Assembly: GCA_043819135.1 (NCBI GenBank)
Contig: JBDRFG010000116.1
Coordinates: 1-21,928, forward strand
Direction of reading: 5' to 3'
DNA length: 21,928 bases
DNA from: Candidatus Eiseniibacteriota bacterium
Lineage (GTDB): Bacteria > Joyebacterota > Joyebacteria > Joyebacterales > Joyebacteraceae
Shown: positions 8,010-16,042 of the stretch, in pieces
Layout of the letters: every line of letters starts with the position of its first letter
How positions within the stretch are numbered: position 1 is the first letter of the stretch
Translations under genes and position numbers: made by a program
Notes under the pieces: model-generated
Databases searched by the model: none
What the model was told of the DNA's origin: nothing
What the model saw: only the letters and a program-made list of their open reading frames with translations

Positions 8010-9506
8010 CTACAGGAGCAGCAATGCGGCTGCGACGACGGCTGCGATGGAGAGGTACGTGCCTTTCCCGGCAGCCTCCTCCTTCGCCTTGGCGTCGGCC
8101 TTCTTCTTCTCCTTCTTCTTCTTCTCCTTCTTCTCCTTCTTCTCCTTCTTCTTCTTCTTCTTCTTCGCGGGCTTCTCGGCCTTGGGCAGAAGCTTCGAGA
8201 CCTCGGAAGCGGTGCACCCGGCGGCAATCAGAACTCTCTTGGCCACCATTATCGTTGCCGCGCTCGGGGTTCCTTTCCCGAGGAGATCAGCGACTTTCTG
8301 CTGGAGAAGGGGATTCGAGGCCAGCTTGCAGGAGGTGCTCGCTGCGAGCGTCGTGGCCGTCTTTTCGAGCTTCGCGATTTCGGCCCTCGCCTTGTCTTCA
8401 AGCGGCTTCACCGCGATGTCGAGTTCCTTCTTGAGGTCCTCGACGTTGATCTTGAAGCCGAGGCCGGTCGCACTCGCGGTCACGGGAGCGCCGGCGGCCT
8501 TCTTCTCGACGAGGGACTGGGGGGTTTTCCTCGCGGCCCGGTTCCGGATCTTCGCCATCGCGCAGTCGGCCATCGTGGCGTTGTGCCGCTCGGTCGACTC
8601 GCGCTGCTTGAGCTTGGCGACGGTCTCACGCATCACGGCGGCTTCCTGGGGGCGCCCGGCCCGCATGGCCTTCTTGATGTCTTCCGTCAGGCCCGCCCGC
8701 CACCGCTGCGCGACCACGATGCGTTCCTTCGCGGTTGCGGCGGCCCACGCGACCTTCTGCTTCGCGCGGACGACCTTGGTCGCCAGGTTGGCCTTCCCGA
8801 TGAACTTGAACCCAGCCGCAGCAACCTGCGCGGTCGCTCCGTCGCCGCTGGCCGGCGCCGCGGCGTAGGTCTTGCCGAGGATGACCTGCATCTTGTTGTT
8901 GCGGGCCATCTGGGTCGCCAAGACCTGGAGCTTCGCGTAGCGGACGGCGCGGCCGGCCGCAGCCGCTCGAGCAGCGTCGAGACGGAGGATCGCCGAGGAG
9001 TTCTTCGTCGGGGACCCTGACAGCTTCGCAATCTGCGTGTCGAGTTGCTTGACCCGGGCGAGGTAGCTTTGCTTCTGCGTCGCTGCCTTCTTCGCCACGG
9101 TCACGCGCTGCGTCAGCTTCACCTCGACGCGCTTGACCGTGGCCTGTGCGGCGTCGACGGACGGCGACGCCACGCCGAAGGGACCATCGGTCACGCCGAG
9201 CGCGCCATCGAAGGCCGACAGGCTCGACGCCCCGCTGATTCCGGCGTCTTCGTAGCGGTCGGCCCCAAACAGCGTCGCCTCGATCTGACCGAGGTCGCCG
9301 AAGAACGTCACCCCCTCGAGGATCTGAATCAGATCCCCGAGGAACTGCCCGGACGAATCCTGGGCCGAACGCTCCGTGACATCAGAGGGGACGCCGGCCG
9401 ACAGGAACGTTCCGGAGTTGCCCCCGTGTCGTCGTGCCAGCACATCCTCTGGAATGCCCCTGCGAGGATCTATGGTCGTCCCAAGGCTTTGGACGACCGT
9501 GCTCAC
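8010..9506 (-). CDS. Putative virion protein: acidic Gly-rich N-terminus, basic coiled coil, poly-K/E tract, C-terminal TM
   Basis: 498-aa ORF with strong GC3 bias, GTGA-coupled to the upstream gene; ends YLSIAAVVAAALLLL. Confidence 0.8.
   Translation of the reverse strand: MSTVVQSLGTTIDPRRGIPEDVLARRHGGNSGTFLSAGVPSDVTERSAQDSSGQFLGDLIQILEGVTFFGDLGQIEATLFGADRYEDAGISGASSLSAFDGALGVTDGPFGVASPSVDAAQATVKRVEVKLTQRVTVAKKAATQKQSYLARVKQLDTQIAKLSGSPTKNSSAILRLDAARAAAAGRAVRYAKLQVLATQMARNNKMQVILGKTYAAAPASGDGATAQVAAAGFKFIGKANLATKVVRAKQKVAWAAATAKERIVVAQRWRAGLTEDIKKAMRAGRPQEAAVMRETVAKLKQRESTERHNATMADCAMAKIRNRAARKTPQSLVEKKAAGAPVTASATGLGFKINVEDLKKELDIAVKPLEDKARAEIAKLEKTATTLAASTSCKLASNPLLQQKVADLLGKGTPSAATIMVAKRVLIAAGCTASEVSKLLPKAEKPAKKKKKKKEKKEKKEKKKKEKKKADAKAKEEAAGKGTYLSIAAVVAAALLLL
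8099..8166. repeat. 68-nt pure pyrimidine (TTC/CTC) trinucleotide tract encoding poly-Lys/Glu
   Basis: Directly visible in the sequence. Confidence 0.9.
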
Positions 9507-10099
9507 GTGCGGGACTCACCCGAATGGAGGACGAGGTCGCCGGTGAAGACCACGCCGACGACCTTCTGGTTCACCGAAGCGGTCCAGGCCCCGGGGCCGG
9601 TCGCCGTCGTGTCGACGGCGAAGGTCCCCTTGATGGCGTGGCCGCCGGAGAAGCGGTAGATGCCGGTATCGAACACCATGTCTGGCGCCGGCCCGAGCGT
9701 CGCGAGAAGCTCAGCCATCGAGATCAGGGAGGTGAACACGTCGAAGTTCCTCCCCTCCTCTCGCGCCTTGAACGTGATGCGTGCCCAGTTGTCCGGAATC
9801 TGGTCGGCTGCCGCTTCCTGGATGTAGCCTCGGATGCGGCGCAGAACGAAGTCCATCCCCTTGGGGATGGCGACGTCCACCGCTTGCAGCGAGACGACAC
9901 CGGCCGTGCTGATCGTCGCCTCCCACCGCAGATGGTCGACTCGGACCACCTCCGGCGGGAGATCGAGGACGTCGCGAATGTACCGTTTTGCTTCCCCGTC
10001 GGATCCACGCAGACGCTTTTCGAGCGCAGCGAGGATCTCGATCTCGGTCATTCCCTCGGTTCGAAGACCGAGTTGTCGGGCGGCGTCCTTGAGAAGCAC
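9503..10099 (-). CDS. Putative second single jelly-roll capsid protein
   Basis: All-beta pattern (IPKGMDFVLRRIRG, ITFKAREEGRNFDVF, IYRFSGGHAIKGTF, VGVVFTG); lies immediately downstream of the putative MCP. Confidence 0.55.
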   Translation of the reverse strand: MLLKDAARQLGLRTEGMTEIEILAALEKRLRGSDGEAKRYIRDVLDLPPEVVRVDHLRWEATISTAGVVSLQAVDVAIPKGMDFVLRRIRGYIQEAAADQIPDNWARITFKAREEGRNFDVFTSLISMAELLATLGPAPDMVFDTGIYRFSGGHAIKGTFAVDTTATGPGAWTASVNQKVVGVVFTGDLVLHSGESRT

Positions 10100-10118
10100 G
10101 GGCAGAGCCCTTCTGCGC

Positions 10119-10787
10119 CTAGCCCTTGGTGGCGGCGCTGCGGATCAGACCGTGGAGGTACAGGCGGACCATCACGTCGCCGGCCAGGGTCGGCGTCTGG
10201 CCGCCTGCCGCGGCCGAGAGACCGGCCGCGACCACGTCGGTCGAGGCCCAGGTCCGCTTGTGGTACGTGATCACGCCGTCGCAGTCGCTGCGGGGCGTGA
10301 TGAGCTGCTCGCGGGCCAGCTTGGCGGCGGCGGCGGTGGCCGGCGTGCCGATCGTCACGATCCCGGCGTCCGTCTCGACGGTGTTCCCGGCGAGGCCGTA
10401 GCCCGAGGGGAACTTGACGAGCGGGCCTTCCGCCACGTCCTTGCGGTTGAGCTGGAACATGAGGTACCCGTTCTCGGCGACCTTCTTGATGTCGGCCGGG
10501 GGGGGGACCGTGTTCCCGAGCGCCGTCGGGATGTGGACGCCGATGCGCTCGAGCCGCATCTCTTCGCCCTCGGGGATCTTCCGCGGGGTGGCGAAGTTCG
10601 TGTCCAGGATCTCCTTGTTGGTGAGGTCACGGAAGAAGTTCAACGTGTGGTTCAGCGCGACGGCGCCGTTGACGAGCATCGTGGTGTCCCACTTGTCGTC
10701 CTCGCGCCACTCGCTGATGTTGATCTTCTGCTGGGTGACGGAGTCCCAGAACATTCCAGGTTCGCCCTTGATCGCTACGAGTGCCAT
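10119..10787 (-). CDS. Putative major capsid protein, single jelly-roll type
   Basis: Strong RBS (AAGGAG) and extreme codon bias. Beta-rich pattern WDT...LNFF...DTNF...IP...RLERIGV...VRLYLHGL, which I recall from tailless-virus capsid proteins (not verified by search). Confidence 0.6.
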   Translation of the reverse strand: MALVAIKGEPGMFWDSVTQQKINISEWREDDKWDTTMLVNGAVALNHTLNFFRDLTNKEILDTNFATPRKIPEGEEMRLERIGVHIPTALGNTVPPPADIKKVAENGYLMFQLNRKDVAEGPLVKFPSGYGLAGNTVETDAGIVTIGTPATAAAAKLAREQLITPRSDCDGVITYHKRTWASTDVVAAGLSAAAGGQTPTLAGDVMVRLYLHGLIRSAATKG

Positions 10788-10809
10788 GACGTGTTTCTCT
10801 CCTTGCAGT

Positions 10810-10860
10810 GGGGTAGGCCCGGAGGGCTACGAAAAGCGGGGTGAGCCCGGAGGGCTACGA
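10810..10860. repeat. Two 23-bp direct repeats (28-bp period) in the MCP leader
   Basis: GGGGTAGGCCCGGAGGGCTACGA (10810-10832) and GGGGTGAGCCCGGAGGGCTACGA (10838-10860). Confidence 0.85.
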
Positions 10861-11583
10861 CAGCCAGGTTCCGATCTGGCCCGGGAAGGACGGTTCGACC
10901 TCGACCTCGACGCCCTCGAACCCCGCCATGTAGGAGGGAACGGGCTCCACGTCGACGTCGCCCATGGATCCGCTGTGCGAGGGCAGGCCGAGGAGTTCAT
11001 CCTCCTCGGGGAGATCGTCGTAGCTCCCGTAGCCCCCGTCGGAGAAGCCGAGGGTGATGGGGATGTCGGCGTACCCTGCGACTGCGGTCGCCAGGGCGAA
11101 GCCGCCGAGGCCGCCGATGATCCCGACGGCGAGCTGCGGGCTCACCCGGAAGGCGAGGCCGCCGCCGACGATGGCGAGGCCGAGCGCGATGGCCGCCTTG
11201 TAGATCGGCTTCTCGATCTTGATCATGCCGAAGAGCTTCGGGAGCACGAAGGCCCCGAGCATGATCGATCCGGCGGCACCGCCGGCGACCATCAGGCTCT
11301 CCTTGAACTGCTCGGCCGTGGGGACGAGCGCTCCGATGCCGCCATCGAAGTCATCGAGGGGCGGAAGGTCGACGGTACGGGACATGTTGGAACCTCCGAG
11401 GTGGGTGCTGCCGACGATGATCGGGATCTTCGCCCGACCGCATAGGGACTTGAAACCCGGACCGCTTCCGGGCGGCCCGTACTTGGCGCAGACGCAGCGG
11501 TCGTTCTTCTTCCCGCCGCGCCGGACGACGAGGCAGCTCCGCGATCCGCTGGTGCCGCCTTCGAGTGTCTGGATCTTGGCCAT
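10855..11583 (-). CDS. Putative major membrane protein (3 TM, acidic tail); alternative internal start at 11385
   Basis: ATG 11583 has a GGAG RBS and in-frame ATG 11385 has a GGAGG RBS. Three Gly-rich hydrophobic segments; sits directly upstream of the putative MCP. Confidence 0.75.
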   Translation of the reverse strand: MAKIQTLEGGTSGSRSCLVVRRGGKKNDRCVCAKYGPPGSGPGFKSLCGRAKIPIIVGSTHLGGSNMSRTVDLPPLDDFDGGIGALVPTAEQFKESLMVAGGAAGSIMLGAFVLPKLFGMIKIEKPIYKAAIALGLAIVGGGLAFRVSPQLAVGIIGGLGGFALATAVAGYADIPITLGFSDGGYGSYDDLPEEDELLGLPSHSGSMGDVDVEPVPSYMAGFEGVEVEVEPSFPGQIGTWLS

Positions 11584-11594
11584 CGTGCTCCGCG

Positions 11595-11984
11595 CTACGC
11601 GGCCTTCTTGATGAGACCCTTGCGGCGCTTCGTCGCCATCATCTTCTTCGTGGCCGCGGCGCGCTTCGCCTTGGTCCACGGGGTCTTCTTCCTGACCTTG
11701 ACGCCGGCCTTCGCCTTCTCGGCGGCGCTCATGTAGCCGGGGCCGGGCTTGAACTTGAAGCAGCGGATCTTGCCCTTCGGCCCGGGCTCGAGCTTGACGC
11801 AGGTCATCACGTCCCCGCGAAGCATCCCCGAAACCGCGCTGCCGAGCCCTCCGGGCGTGTACGTTCCGAGACCGGTCTTTGCCATGGTACCTCCTGAGAA
11901 AGCACGAGTTGTGCGGCCGGACGTCGGCTTCGCCTTGAAGCTCACGATCGTTCCGTCGCTTTTGGTAAACCTGACGTTCGGCAC
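11595..11984 (-). CDS. Small very basic protein, possibly DNA-condensing; alternative internal start at 11885
   Basis: Lys/Ala-rich tail. GTG 11984 lies 6 nt after a -10 box; ATG 11885 has AGGAGG. Confidence 0.75.
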   Translation of the reverse strand: MPNVRFTKSDGTIVSFKAKPTSGRTTRAFSGGTMAKTGLGTYTPGGLGSAVSGMLRGDVMTCVKLEPGPKGKIRCFKFKPGPGYMSAAEKAKAGVKVRKKTPWTKAKRAAATKKMMATKRRKGLIKKAA

Positions 11985-11990
11985 ACGTAG

Positions 11991-12019
11991 AGACTATTGA
12001 CCTGTGGAAACGCTGTCAA
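11991..12019 (-). promoter_or_regulatory. Consensus sigma70 promoter of the structural operon
   Basis: TTGACA(12019-12014)-17 bp-TAGTCT(11996-11991)-6 nt-GTG. Confidence 0.8.
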
Positions 12020-12050
12020 GGCTTTTCACAGGCGTGGTACCTTCGAGATC
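12001..12050 (+). promoter_or_regulatory. Inverted repeat (operator candidate) plus extended -10 for the rightward gene
   Basis: CCTGTGGAAA(12001-12010)...TTTTCACAGG(12023-12032), one mismatch. TGG-TACCTT(12038-12043)-7 nt-ATG 12051. Confidence 0.55.
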
Positions 12051-12320
12051 ATGCCGACGCCGGCCTCCAAGAGTTCCGCTACCGCAATCGCCGCAGGCAA
12101 GGTCCACGAGGGTTTCAAGTACGGGATCGGCTTTTTCGCAGCGAGCGTGATCATCGACGCCATCGCGAAAATCTGGAACAGCACCCCGTCGAACAGGACG
12201 CCCAACCCGCCGTCGGGGCTCTCCGAGTTCGCCCTGAATGCACGTCGCAGATCCACGACGAAGGTCGCGTTCACCACGAAGGACGGCAGGAGGGTGTCGT
12301 TCCGAACACGGGCGATGTGA
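12051..12320 (+). CDS. Small membrane protein with basic C-terminal VxFxxxDGxxVSF motif
   Basis: One TM (YGIGFFAASVIIDAIA); leaderless-type start. Confidence 0.7.
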   Translation: MPTPASKSSATAIAAGKVHEGFKYGIGFFAASVIIDAIAKIWNSTPSNRTPNPPSGLSEFALNARRRSTTKVAFTTKDGRRVSFRTRAM

Positions 12321-12406
12321 CGACGATTATAGACTTGCACGTAGGCTGAATGGTAAAACGCAAGTATGCTGACGAATCCCGAGATCAAGGGAGAAGGGAC
12401 CAGAAC

Positions 12407-13708
12407 ATGAGCCGATTTGCACACTCCCCGCTCGACATCGCGCTGGCGGGCAAGGACAAGACGATGGAATTCATGCAGTCGGCCTACGACATCGAGGTTG
12501 TGGGTGGCCGGGGGGCCGGAACCGTGTTGGCCCAGAGCGGCTTCGCCAGCTACGAATCCAGCACCTTCTTCACGACGCCGCGGGACAACCCGCCCGCCCC
12601 CCCCCCTCCGGCGGCAACGGCCCCGAAGACCCTCGCCGCCATCGGAGCGACTCGCTTCGGGGATGGGCTGGAGTACCTCCGGCTCCGGTACATGCAGGCC
12701 AAGCGGAACGCCGTCGAGTGGCCCGAGAACCAAAACGCATGGCTCAGCGTCGCGGCGAGGGTGGCGAACCTCCACGACATGCTGTTCCGCGGTCTGGAGA
12801 AGTACGCCGGCGCGAAGACGTCAACGATGGCGACGAAAACCGTCGACGTCCTGAAGAGTTCCATGGGGCCGATCGAACACGACGTGCGCGACATCAAGAT
12901 GGGCGGGTGGGAGCCCTCCGCGAGGCTCACCCCGGTTCTGGCGGCCAAGGAAAAGCGCGAAGGGATCTTCCCGCTCTCGACGGCCCCTCCCGGGGGATGG
13001 AAGCTCGCCAACAACAAGAAGAGCATCTGGCACGAGTTCTCTCTGAGGCTGCAGGAGGTCCTGAACGACCTCGGGTACAACGCCGGGGGGGAGGACGGCT
13101 GGTACGGAAAGACGAGCCACACCGCGATGGTCCGTGCTCGCGCCGCCAACGCGGCGCTGATCGAGAAGTACCTCGGACCGAACGGCATCCCGAACAACCT
13201 CCCCGAGTTGATCAAGGCGTTGCTCGGTCAGGGCGACGTCCCCGCCGAGCCCGAGAAGCCCGCCCCCGGCGAGCAGACGGCCGTCGCGGAAGCGAAGAAG
13301 AAGAGTGACGCCGCTGTGGAGAAGCGCCCGGCCGACCGGAAGAAGCTCGCCAAGCCGAAGAAGAAGAAGGAGAAGAAGCCGAAGGAGAAGAAGCCGAAGG
13401 AGGAGGAGCCGAAGGAGGAGGAGGAGGAGGAGGAGAAGGAGGAGAAGAAGGTCGAGAAGGCCGGGTTCAGCCTCGGGACGTGGTCGATCGTCGGCGGGGT
13501 CTTCCTCTTCATCGTCGCGCTCCTCGCGCGCCCGAAGAGGAGCGACGCCGTCGCGGACTTCCGACGCGCGCTCAAGGGCGCGGGACGAGATGGGATGTCG
13601 AGGCGATGCCTGCAATTCCGCCGGAACAAGGACGGGAAGAAGGTCTGCGCCAGGTACACGAAGCCGCGCCGTCAGAACCTCCGCGGGTCGTGGGCGCTGA
13701 CCGACTGA
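12407..13708 (+). CDS. Membrane-anchored protein with peptidoglycan-binding domain (PG_binding_1-like) and K/E stalk
   Basis: LQEVLNDLGYNAGGEDGWYGKTSHTA matches LQ..L..LGY..G..DG.[FY]G..T..A. A K/E tract precedes TM WSIVGGVFLFIVALLA. Purine-rich RBS. Confidence 0.8.
   Translation: MSRFAHSPLDIALAGKDKTMEFMQSAYDIEVVGGRGAGTVLAQSGFASYESSTFFTTPRDNPPAPPPPAATAPKTLAAIGATRFGDGLEYLRLRYMQAKRNAVEWPENQNAWLSVAARVANLHDMLFRGLEKYAGAKTSTMATKTVDVLKSSMGPIEHDVRDIKMGGWEPSARLTPVLAAKEKREGIFPLSTAPPGGWKLANNKKSIWHEFSLRLQEVLNDLGYNAGGEDGWYGKTSHTAMVRARAANAALIEKYLGPNGIPNNLPELIKALLGQGDVPAEPEKPAPGEQTAVAEAKKKSDAAVEKRPADRKKLAKPKKKKEKKPKEKKPKEEEPKEEEEEEEKEEKKVEKAGFSLGTWSIVGGVFLFIVALLARPKRSDAVADFRRALKGAGRDGMSRRCLQFRRNKDGKKVCARYTKPRRQNLRGSWALTD
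13357..13451. repeat. AAG/GAG trinucleotide low-complexity tract encoding K/E/P
   Basis: Directly visible; 13411-13451 is purine-only. Confidence 0.9.
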
Positions 13709-13751
13709 CCGCTCCGCGGCTGCGCGCCGTGAGCGCGTCCAGGAGTCACCC

Positions 13752-14927
13752 ATGCGATCTCTAGGTATCTTGTACGGGGCAGGTTTGGTGCCGGGCGTGA
13801 CGTACCCGGACTCGTTCCCGACGACGACGGAAACGATGGTGTTGGCTAGGGTCGCGGGGCTGCCGACCCCGCAAATCCGGGAGGCGTTCCAGAAGTTTCT
13901 CGACACCCCGGGCATCAGTCCTGCCGACGCCAAGGCGTTTCTGAAGCGGTGGGGGGACGCCGCGTGGAACAGTATTCAGTCGTCGGACAAAGCCTACAGG
14001 GGGGAGTGGAATCGTTTTCTTCGCGCTGCGCTCTCAACTCCGGCCTCAGTCACGATGACGGGCATGGAAGAATTCTTCGACCGTTGGCGGTTGCAGAACG
14101 TCGAGTGGCGCAAGGAAAACTGGGACAGGCGTATCCCCTCCAGGGACCAACTCCGCTCTTATCTCGACACGTTGTCGCAGACGCAGCCGATCCCGCGAAA
14201 GGCCGTGATCGAAGTTCTCCGTCAGGCTACGGCGTACGCCGACCTCGCGCACAACATCTTCCGGATCTCTTCGACCGACTACGCCGCGACCATCCGAGAC
14301 GTCATTCGGAAGCGCCTCAACGACAACACCTTCGGAAACAACCTCGCGATGGGCGTGGAGGAGATGATAAAGTTTCTCGGGCGGGCTCTGGCGTTCGTCG
14401 CCAAGAATATCCTCGCCCCTGTCGCCAAGGGCTTGTGGGCGAGCGTTCCGTGGTGGCTTTGGGCACTCCTCGTCCTCGGCGGGGGGGGATATGTGGCCGT
14501 GGCAACGGCCCCTGGGCGGGCCGTCGTCCGCCGGGTCCGCGAGCGGCGGGTCCGGGGGGGGACCGCCGGGGCGTTCCTCGCGGCCCCGCTGTCGTCGTCT
14601 GCTCTGGCCGGGTACACTCCCGCCGGACTGCGGGGGGCGATGATGCGCTGCGTCCAGTACTCGACGACTCCTCGGGGCGTGAAGCGGTGCGTGACGATGG
14701 AGATCGGCCCAGGTGAAGCAGACCCCGAGGCCCGCGCTGATGCCGGGATCACGAAGCCTTACCGCTACAAGACCGAGAAGGCCCAGACGCGAGGACGCCC
14801 CCATCGTGCCGTCGGGATCAAGGCGTACCCGAGGGTCTACACCGGGAAGACCGGGCGGAAGGTGCGGACCGGCGCGAACGTGCGCGTCCCGCCGCCCGCC
14901 GCCGCCAAGCAGAGGAAAGCCGCGTGA
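13752..14927 (+). CDS. Putative virion membrane protein: helical N-domain, TM, basic tail
   Basis: AGGAG RBS; TM VPWWLWALLVLGGGGYVAVA; C-x12-C motif; Arg/Lys-rich tail. Confidence 0.8.
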   Translation: MRSLGILYGAGLVPGVTYPDSFPTTTETMVLARVAGLPTPQIREAFQKFLDTPGISPADAKAFLKRWGDAAWNSIQSSDKAYRGEWNRFLRAALSTPASVTMTGMEEFFDRWRLQNVEWRKENWDRRIPSRDQLRSYLDTLSQTQPIPRKAVIEVLRQATAYADLAHNIFRISSTDYAATIRDVIRKRLNDNTFGNNLAMGVEEMIKFLGRALAFVAKNILAPVAKGLWASVPWWLWALLVLGGGGYVAVATAPGRAVVRRVRERRVRGGTAGAFLAAPLSSSALAGYTPAGLRGAMMRCVQYSTTPRGVKRCVTMEIGPGEADPEARADAGITKPYRYKTEKAQTRGRPHRAVGIKAYPRVYTGKTGRKVRTGANVRVPPPAAAKQRKAA

Positions 14928-15193
14928 GTTTCCCCCTCCGTTCCCGGGGCCAACGCGGGCTCGCCCTGGCCGCGCTCGGCAAGTTCCCGACGATCCGCCT
15001 CGTGAATTCCATGCTCAACGTTCCCCCGTGCGAGGTTGTGCTTGAGGTCAACGAAACGCGCTACCGCTATGACTTCGGGTACGACTGCGACGTTGCGTGG
15101 TCCGTTGCGGCCGGCGCGGACAGCCGAAACCCTCGCGTTCAGGTCGCTGCTTTGAACCGTGCCCGGAAGTACCTCGTGAAGCGGCGAAGCTAG
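14924..15193 (+). CDS. Hypothetical protein (89 aa)
   Basis: GAGGA RBS and GTGA coupling. Confidence 0.65.
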   Translation: MSFPLRSRGQRGLALAALGKFPTIRLVNSMLNVPPCEVVLEVNETRYRYDFGYDCDVAWSVAAGADSRNPRVQVAALNRARKYLVKRRS

Positions 15194-15213
15194 ACGACCT
15201 CACCGGGCGCGGG

Positions 15214-15247
15214 TAGGATGACACCGATGCTCGGTGAACTCGCACTC
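15214..15247 (+). repeat. Promoter + N-terminal tag module, copy 1
   Basis: TAGGATGACACCGATGCTCGGTGAACTCGCACTC; 32/34 identical to 21665-21698. Confidence 0.85.
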
Positions 15248-16042
15248 GGAAATGGCCTCGGGCTCGGTCCTCTGCTGCGCTGGCCAGGTGGGAAGGCGCG
15301 ATTCGCTGGCCGCGTCGTTCCGCGCATCCCGAAGCACCGAGTGTACTGCGAGCCGTTCTTCGGGGGCGGCGCGCTGTTCTTCGCCAAGCCGGAGGCGAAG
15401 GTGTCGATCCTCGGCGACGTCACGAAGAAGACGATCGCCTTTCACGACCAGGTGAGGCGCGGGGCGTTGCGGCGCTGCCGGGAGGGCGTCACGGTTGGGC
15501 CTGCGGCGTTCAAGAAGGGGGAGGACGGGAAGGCGAAGTCGGCCTGCGACGTGCTCGCGTGGACGATGTCCTCGTACCACGGGTCCATCACCCCGTCCGG
15601 CCGGTCGTCGAAGCACGGTGGACGTCAGAAGATGCGCCACCTGAAGGAGTACGAGGGGATGCTCCGGCGCGCGTTCCTCACGCTGGGCGACTTCGCCCGG
15701 ACGGTCTCGAAGGCGGATCGCCGCGGCGGGAGGGAAGCCTTCTACTTTCTTGACCCGCCATGGCCCGGTCTCCAGGGCTACTCGAAGAAGTACACAAAGA
15801 TGGGCGGGGCAGACGAGAAGGGGGCGACTCCGGCGCGCGTCCGGAAGGTCATGGACGACGTGAAGGGGAAGGTCTGGGTGGTCTACAACGACCATCCGGA
15901 GGTCCGGGAGGCGTTCTGCGAGGGGAAGAAGGGGAAGTGGAAGTGCTACGGCCTGAAGCAGAACGTGCAGCATGGGACGGGCGGGATGCAGAAGAAACCG
16001 TGGATTCTCGCCACGAACTACAACCTGAAAGGAAAACGCTGA
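15227..16042 (+). CDS. DNA N6-adenine methyltransferase, Dam/D12 class
   Basis: LLRWPGGK, YCEPFFGGGALFF (SAM-binding), FYFLDPPW (catalytic) and VYND...VRE.F. Confidence 0.9.
   Translation: MLGELALGNGLGLGPLLRWPGGKARFAGRVVPRIPKHRVYCEPFFGGGALFFAKPEAKVSILGDVTKKTIAFHDQVRRGALRRCREGVTVGPAAFKKGEDGKAKSACDVLAWTMSSYHGSITPSGRSSKHGGRQKMRHLKEYEGMLRRAFLTLGDFARTVSKADRRGGREAFYFLDPPWPGLQGYSKKYTKMGGADEKGATPARVRKVMDDVKGKVWVVYNDHPEVREAFCEGKKGKWKCYGLKQNVQHGTGGMQKKPWILATNYNLKGKR

Noticed and set aside
7468..11445. Long plus-strand ORFs (7468..8868, 7638..9020, 9834..10844, 10414..11445)
   Set aside because: Antisense shadows of high-GC minus-strand genes; poly-F/poly-L runs are the reverse complement of Lys/Glu codons.
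12550..14804. Long minus-strand ORFs opposite 12407..14927
   Set aside because: Shadow frames without RBS or motifs; the plus strand has recognisable domains.
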